Source: an uncultured virus (IMG/VR IMGVR_UViG_3300020536_000396) (Duplodnaviria; Heunggongvirae; Uroviricota; Caudoviricetes). From it: a stretch of DNA of 20,000 nt. The stretch is from positions 57,666-77,665 of IMG/VR virus record IMGVR_UViG_3300020536_000396; one strand, written 5' to 3'. The notes under the pieces are model-generated. The model was not told where the DNA came from. It did no database searches and was given only the letters and a program-made list of their open reading frames with translations. Made by a program: the position numbers and the translations under genes. Positions 16,422-20,000 of this stretch are shown here, piece after piece (position 1 is the stretch's first letter; each line of letters begins with the position of its first letter).

Positions 16422-16991
16422 ATGTCACTATGGGGTAACTTAGACGCTGCTAACAATGCGCCAAAACAAGGTGATACTACTGGATACGGTGGAAACACCG
16501 GCTCAGTGACACCAAATACACAGGTATACTTTGCCAACAATCAGGTGGGAGCTTACATCGACAAAGCTGCTATCGGAATGTTTGGTGTAGATACAACTGA
16601 ACAAGGCGTTTCTAGAACAGCTTCATCAAAAACAAGAGCTCAGCATGCCGGCTGGGTAATCAGAAAAGCAGGAACAGGCCCTGTTGTTACTATCACTGCT
16701 AACAGTGGAGCAACAGGAGTAAACAGTTCTGTTGTATTCTCTGGTGGTGGTACAAGCAATACACCAGCAACAGCAACTGTAGCTGTAAACTCCACATTCC
16801 ACATTGTCAGTGTTACAGTGACAGGTGGTGGTGTTTACGAATCTACACCAACAGCTAGACCTAATACAGGTAATGCAGTTTTCACAGTAACAATGGGTGG
16901 TCGTGCTAACCGTGTTATGACTGAAACTGTTGTTGCTATGGGTTCTATGAGAGGTGATGGTTCGGATGACGCTTACTTCCCTGACGCTTAA
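16422..16991 (+). CDS. probable virion structural/decoration protein
   Basis: G/T/A/V-rich 189 aa with MSLWG..D N-terminus, HAGWV and RVMTETVVAM; has its own late promoter and a strong SD. Confidence 0.65.
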   Translation: MSLWGNLDAANNAPKQGDTTGYGGNTGSVTPNTQVYFANNQVGAYIDKAAIGMFGVDTTEQGVSRTASSKTRAQHAGWVIRKAGTGPVVTITANSGATGVNSSVVFSGGGTSNTPATATVAVNSTFHIVSVTVTGGGVYESTPTARPNTGNAVFTVTMGGRANRVMTETVVAMGSMRGDGSDDAYFPDA

Positions 16992-16993
16992 TA

Positions 16994-17374
16994 ATGAATC
17001 TTAGAGACTATTTAAAAATGACTGGAGATAAAGTGGAAATGGAAACAGTTCCAACTCCGTCTATTTCTGAAGTAAATTTGGAAAACTTAAATAGTCGCCT
17101 ATACTATGAGATGGATGAACCTTATTTGTCTCCCGAATCTGGCATACAGAGGATTCGTAGAGTGCTGCATTTATACGGACTTGATTTTCCAGCACTCTAC
17201 GACCTTGAATCAGAAGGCGATGAATTGGCTGTAGATTTAACTGATAAATGGAGAATTTACATTCTATATTATTTAAAAGAAGATGCTGTTTATGAATTTT
17301 TTGCGGAAGTAGGTGATGAAAATAGGATGAATGAACTCCTTTCTGACGTAGAGGAAGAAACCGAAGAAATATAA
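16994..17374 (+). CDS. acidic hypothetical protein
   Basis: 126-aa ORF, tightly packed; its stop overlaps the next start. Confidence 0.7.
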   Translation: MNLRDYLKMTGDKVEMETVPTPSISEVNLENLNSRLYYEMDEPYLSPESGIQRIRRVLHLYGLDFPALYDLESEGDELAVDLTDKWRIYILYYLKEDAVYEFFAEVGDENRMNELLSDVEEETEEI

Positions 17375-17766
17375 TGCTTTTTGATGATTTAAATAATGAG
17401 AATGTAATGATGTATGCAATTAAGGCCTATGAAAAACCTAATTGTATCATGAGTGAATTCAAAGATGATATGAAACGATTTAATTATCTGAAGAGATTAT
17501 TTCGTAGATATCGTAAGTTGAACGAATTGAGGGAACAATTGGTATTGAATCACCTAATTGTTCTTTACAATGTTTTCGGTCCAGAAGTCGCTTCTAGACT
17601 CCTATTCTTCAAAATGTCCAAGGAAGATTATTCTGCCTTAAAGACCTATTTGTTATTTCTGAGTTGTATGCCCGAAAAAATTAAAAGTATAAAAGGACAT
17701 GATATAGTTTCGTCAACGATACCTGTTGATATGAGAATAGCAGAGGCTTTAAGAAACATTAAATGA
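17374..17766 (+). CDS. conserved hypothetical protein of T4-like phages
   Basis: FDDLNNENVMMYAIKAY..P.C..EF.DD.KRF.YLKRLF and LNHLIVLYNVFG are recalled as a widespread T4-like family. Confidence 0.75.
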   Translation: MLFDDLNNENVMMYAIKAYEKPNCIMSEFKDDMKRFNYLKRLFRRYRKLNELREQLVLNHLIVLYNVFGPEVASRLLFFKMSKEDYSALKTYLLFLSCMPEKIKSIKGHDIVSSTIPVDMRIAEALRNIK

Positions 17767-17791
17767 GTTGTACCATAGAAAGTTAAGGCAG

Positions 17792-17983
17792 ATGGAAAAC
17801 AAAACAAAGTCAAAACCAGTCATTGAAAGTGATGGTATGGTAGGTGGTTCTCCAGTAAACAATGTTTCTGGTGGGCAAATTGCAGGTCTTGGCGTTGGTC
17901 CACAAGGTGAACCTGGTGTCAAGAAACGCAAGACAGCAACATTCATTTCATTCATAAAGAGAAAATCAAATGTGGCTTCTTAG
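17792..17983 (+). CDS. small hypothetical protein (NNVSGGQIAGLGVGPQGEPGV motif)
   Basis: In-frame ATG at 17792 preceded by TAAGG; Gly-rich motif after a VIE linker; basic tail. Confidence 0.6.
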   Translation: MENKTKSKPVIESDGMVGGSPVNNVSGGQIAGLGVGPQGEPGVKKRKTATFISFIKRKSNVAS

Positions 17984-18485
17984 TTTTCTACCTACAGGGT
18001 TTTTAGAATTCATTATTAATGCTACACTAATCGGTAGTGTTATTGGTATTGTACTGGGTTTCTTTGGGAGCAAGATACCAGTTATCAGTTCTTACCTAAC
18101 TCCCATCAAATATATTTCTATTGCTTTATTCTGCGTAGGGTTATACTTGAAAGGTGGCCTTGACGTAGAAGAAGAGTGGCGCCAAAGAGTAGAAGAAATG
18201 CAAGCCAAGGTAAAAAAGGCTGAAGAGCAAGCACAATTGGCCAACAAAGAGATAGAAGCAAAAACACTTGAGAAAACAAAACTCATTCGTGAAAAAGGCA
18301 AGACAAGAGTTGAATATATCAATCGTCTTGTTGAAGGTAGAACTGTAGAGATTGTCAAAGATATGACTGCTGAAGAAAGAGCAGTTTTTGAAGCAAAACA
18401 AAAAGAACTATTAGATTCAATCAAGAATTGTCCAGTACCAAAAATTATCGTAGAAGAACATAACAAAGCGGCTGAGTTAAAATGA
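17970..18485 (+). CDS. putative inner-membrane spanin (Rz-like)
   Basis: N-terminal hydrophobic segments, a long coiled coil and a C-terminal Cys (KNCPVP). Overlaps the downstream lipoprotein (ATGA) and lies upstream of the endolysin. Confidence 0.65.
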   Translation: MWLLSFLPTGFLEFIINATLIGSVIGIVLGFFGSKIPVISSYLTPIKYISIALFCVGLYLKGGLDVEEEWRQRVEEMQAKVKKAEEQAQLANKEIEAKTLEKTKLIREKGKTRVEYINRLVEGRTVEIVKDMTAEERAVFEAKQKELLDSIKNCPVPKIIVEEHNKAAELK

Positions 18486-18748
18486 AACTATTTGCAATTC
18501 TATCATTAGCTTTACTTACGGGTTGTTCAACACTTGTACCAGTAACAGCAAAGTTTCCAGATGCACCTAAATCATTGACTGAAAAATGTCCACCTTTGAA
18601 TAAGATTGAATCAGATTCAGTTTCAATTGTAGATTTACATAAAACTGTAGTTGAAAACTATACTTTATATCATGAGTGTGCTGTGAAAGTTGAACAGTGG
18701 AATGATTGGCATGTAAAACAAAAAAAGATATTTGAGTCTGTAAAATAA
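18482..18748 (+). CDS. putative outer-membrane spanin lipoprotein (Rz1-like)
   Basis: Signal peptide II with lipobox LLTGC; Pro-rich FPDAP..CPPL; second mature Cys in YHEC. Confidence 0.75.
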   Translation: MKLFAILSLALLTGCSTLVPVTAKFPDAPKSLTEKCPPLNKIESDSVSIVDLHKTVVENYTLYHECAVKVEQWNDWHVKQKKIFESVK

Positions 18749-18757
18749 GGAGAGAAC

Positions 18758-18874
18758 ATGCTAGAAACTCTATTTTGGATTTTAGTTGGTGCCTTCATAG
18801 GATGGAATTTTCCTCAACCACAATATGCTAAAGATATTCAAACAAAAATAAAATCGTTATTTGTAAAGGAATAA
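18758..18874 (+). CDS. 38-aa single-TM peptide (not in the ORF track)
   Basis: TAAGGAG SD; MLETLFWILVGAFIGWNFPQPQYAKDIQTKIKSLFVKE*; exactly fills the spanin-endolysin gap. Confidence 0.75.
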   Translation: MLETLFWILVGAFIGWNFPQPQYAKDIQTKIKSLFVKE

Positions 18875-18875
18875 T

Positions 18876-19493
18876 ATGGAATTGACAAAAGAACAACTAA
18901 AAGAATTACTTCCAAAGAATCCTTACATTGACCAGTGGCACAAAGCACTGAGTCAATTGTTGCCCGATTATGAAATCAATACACCACAACGCATTGCGGC
19001 ATTTATTGCTCAGTGCGCCCATGAGTCTGGTGGTTTTGTTTTTCTGACAGAGAATCTAAACTACAAAGCAGAGAGTCTTTTGAAAGTATTTCCAAAATAC
19101 TTCAAAGATATGGCTACTGCAAAGGCTTACGAAAAGAAACCAGAAAAGATTGCAAACAAAATCTATGCCGACCGAATGGGTAATGGTAATGAAGCATCGG
19201 GCGATGGTTGGAAATACCGTGGTCGTGGTCTGATTCAATTGACCGGCAAAACGAACTATACATGGTTTGCAGCATCACTTGAGATTACACCAGAAGAAGC
19301 AGCCGAATATACACAAACATTTGAGGGTGCAGCACAATCAGCATGTTGGTTCTGGGAAACAAACAAACTGAATGTTGAAGCCGATAAAGGCGACATCAAA
19401 ACAATGACACGCAAGATCAATGGTGGTTTCATTGGGCTAGAAGATCGTATCAAACATTACGAGCATGCTCTTCATGTGTTAGGAGTTCACTGA
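18876..19493 (+). CDS. glycoside hydrolase family 19 (chitinase-like) endolysin
   Basis: RIAAFIAQCAHESGGF, ENLNY, DGWKYRGRGLIQLTGKTNY, SACWFW and TRKINGG..GLEDR. Confidence 0.92.
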   Translation: MELTKEQLKELLPKNPYIDQWHKALSQLLPDYEINTPQRIAAFIAQCAHESGGFVFLTENLNYKAESLLKVFPKYFKDMATAKAYEKKPEKIANKIYADRMGNGNEASGDGWKYRGRGLIQLTGKTNYTWFAASLEITPEEAAEYTQTFEGAAQSACWFWETNKLNVEADKGDIKTMTRKINGGFIGLEDRIKHYEHALHVLGVH

Positions 19494-19714
19494 TGAAATA
19501 TTTTGTACTTCTATTGTTTCCATTGTTGGTAGCATGTGAAGAACGATTTCGTTATCCTTGCCAAGACCCAGAAAATTGGGACACACAACAATGTAAAAAA
19601 CCATTTTGCAGTGCAAACGGAACTTGCCCTGAAGATTTGACACATTACGAAAAAAATAAAGTTGGTCAGCCTAATGGCATGATACCGGCACCTATCAGAG
19701 GAGAATGTAGATGA
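19493..19714 (+). CDS. small Cys-rich lipoprotein
   Basis: AGGAG SD; lipobox LLVAC; RYPCQDPENW...CKKPFCSANGTCP. Confidence 0.75.
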   Translation: MKYFVLLLFPLLVACEERFRYPCQDPENWDTQQCKKPFCSANGTCPEDLTHYEKNKVGQPNGMIPAPIRGECR

Positions 19715-20000
19715 TTAGAGAATTATGGTCAGGAGAAAGATATACAACTGAAGAGTTGAATGCTCGTTTGAAGTTTTTTATTGGTATTGTTTTGGGTCTG
19801 ACACTTTTTGGTATCGTGTTCGTTGTTCTCTATAGTCTTATTTTTGTTACTCAGCCAATGAATGGCATGAGTCCAGTAGACAATAAGTTTTTTGAATTGA
19901 TTATTCCTATTGCTACATTCTTGACAGGTACATTGTCGGGTATTATGTTGGCGGGTGATGATAAAGAGTTGAGAGCAAAAGCACTTGAGTCTGCTACAAA
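19711..20000 (+). CDS. two-TM membrane protein, holin candidate (3'-truncated, not in the ORF track)
   Basis: GAGGAG SD and ATG 19711 overlapping the previous stop: MIRELWSGERYTTEELNARLKFFIGIVLGLTLFGIVFVVLYSLIFVTQPMNGMSPVDNKFFELIIPIATFLTGTLSGIMLAGDDKELRAKALESAT... Confidence 0.65.
   Translation, partial: MIRELWSGERYTTEELNARLKFFIGIVLGLTLFGIVFVVLYSLIFVTQPMNGMSPVDNKFFELIIPIATFLTGTLSGIMLAGDDKELRAKALESAT

Noticed and set aside
3657..17791. ORF-track upstream starts at 3657, 4647, 9530 and 17768
   Set aside because: The first three overlap upstream genes extensively and 17768 is a TTG lacking an SD. Downstream ATGs at 3687, 4701, 9581 and 17792 fit gene packing or SD signals better.
281..19453. 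All minus-strand ORFs in the track (e.g. 11757-12305, 12890-13225, 18092-18466)
   Set aside because: They lie antisense to well-supported + strand genes, are F/S/L-rich mirror images of K/E-rich sense codons, and have no recognisable motifs.
1..20000. tRNA, rRNA, intrinsic terminators, introns
   Set aside because: Intergenic gaps are under about 55 nt, with no cloverleaf or GC-stem/U-tract seen by eye; a tRNAscan/Infernal run would be needed to exclude them formally.

Overview
AT-rich, gene-dense window with every credible gene on the + strand. It most likely comes from a large T4-like (myovirus) phage of a Gram-negative host: it has TATAAATA-type late promoters, a spanin pair, a GH19 endolysin and a proteobacterial-type ErpA. 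Order: 5'-truncated DUF4338/DruA-like gene; PD-(D/E)xK nuclease-like gene; KxDG ligase-like gene; ErpA; an 8-gene glycan/sugar-nucleotide cluster (3.9-10.3 kb); a late cluster of Glu/Lys-rich modular proteins, including an 864-aa nucleotidyltransferase + P-loop kinase fusion, and probable virion proteins (10.3-18 kb); and a lysis cassette (18-20 kb, 3'-truncated). The most notable signal is a set of proteins with T4 capsid-targeting-like N-termini (MKFTEFLKE, MRFTEFLTE, MKTFKQHLDE) and repeated EEVELDE / [LIV]-x-E linkers between modules. This suggests head-packaged, protease-processed polyproteins that deliver enzymes (ligase-like, NTase, kinase). Also notable are a probable out-of-frame gene nested in the 864-aa gene and RNA pairings that could gate translation at late promoters. 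All family assignments come from motif recognition only; no database search was run.
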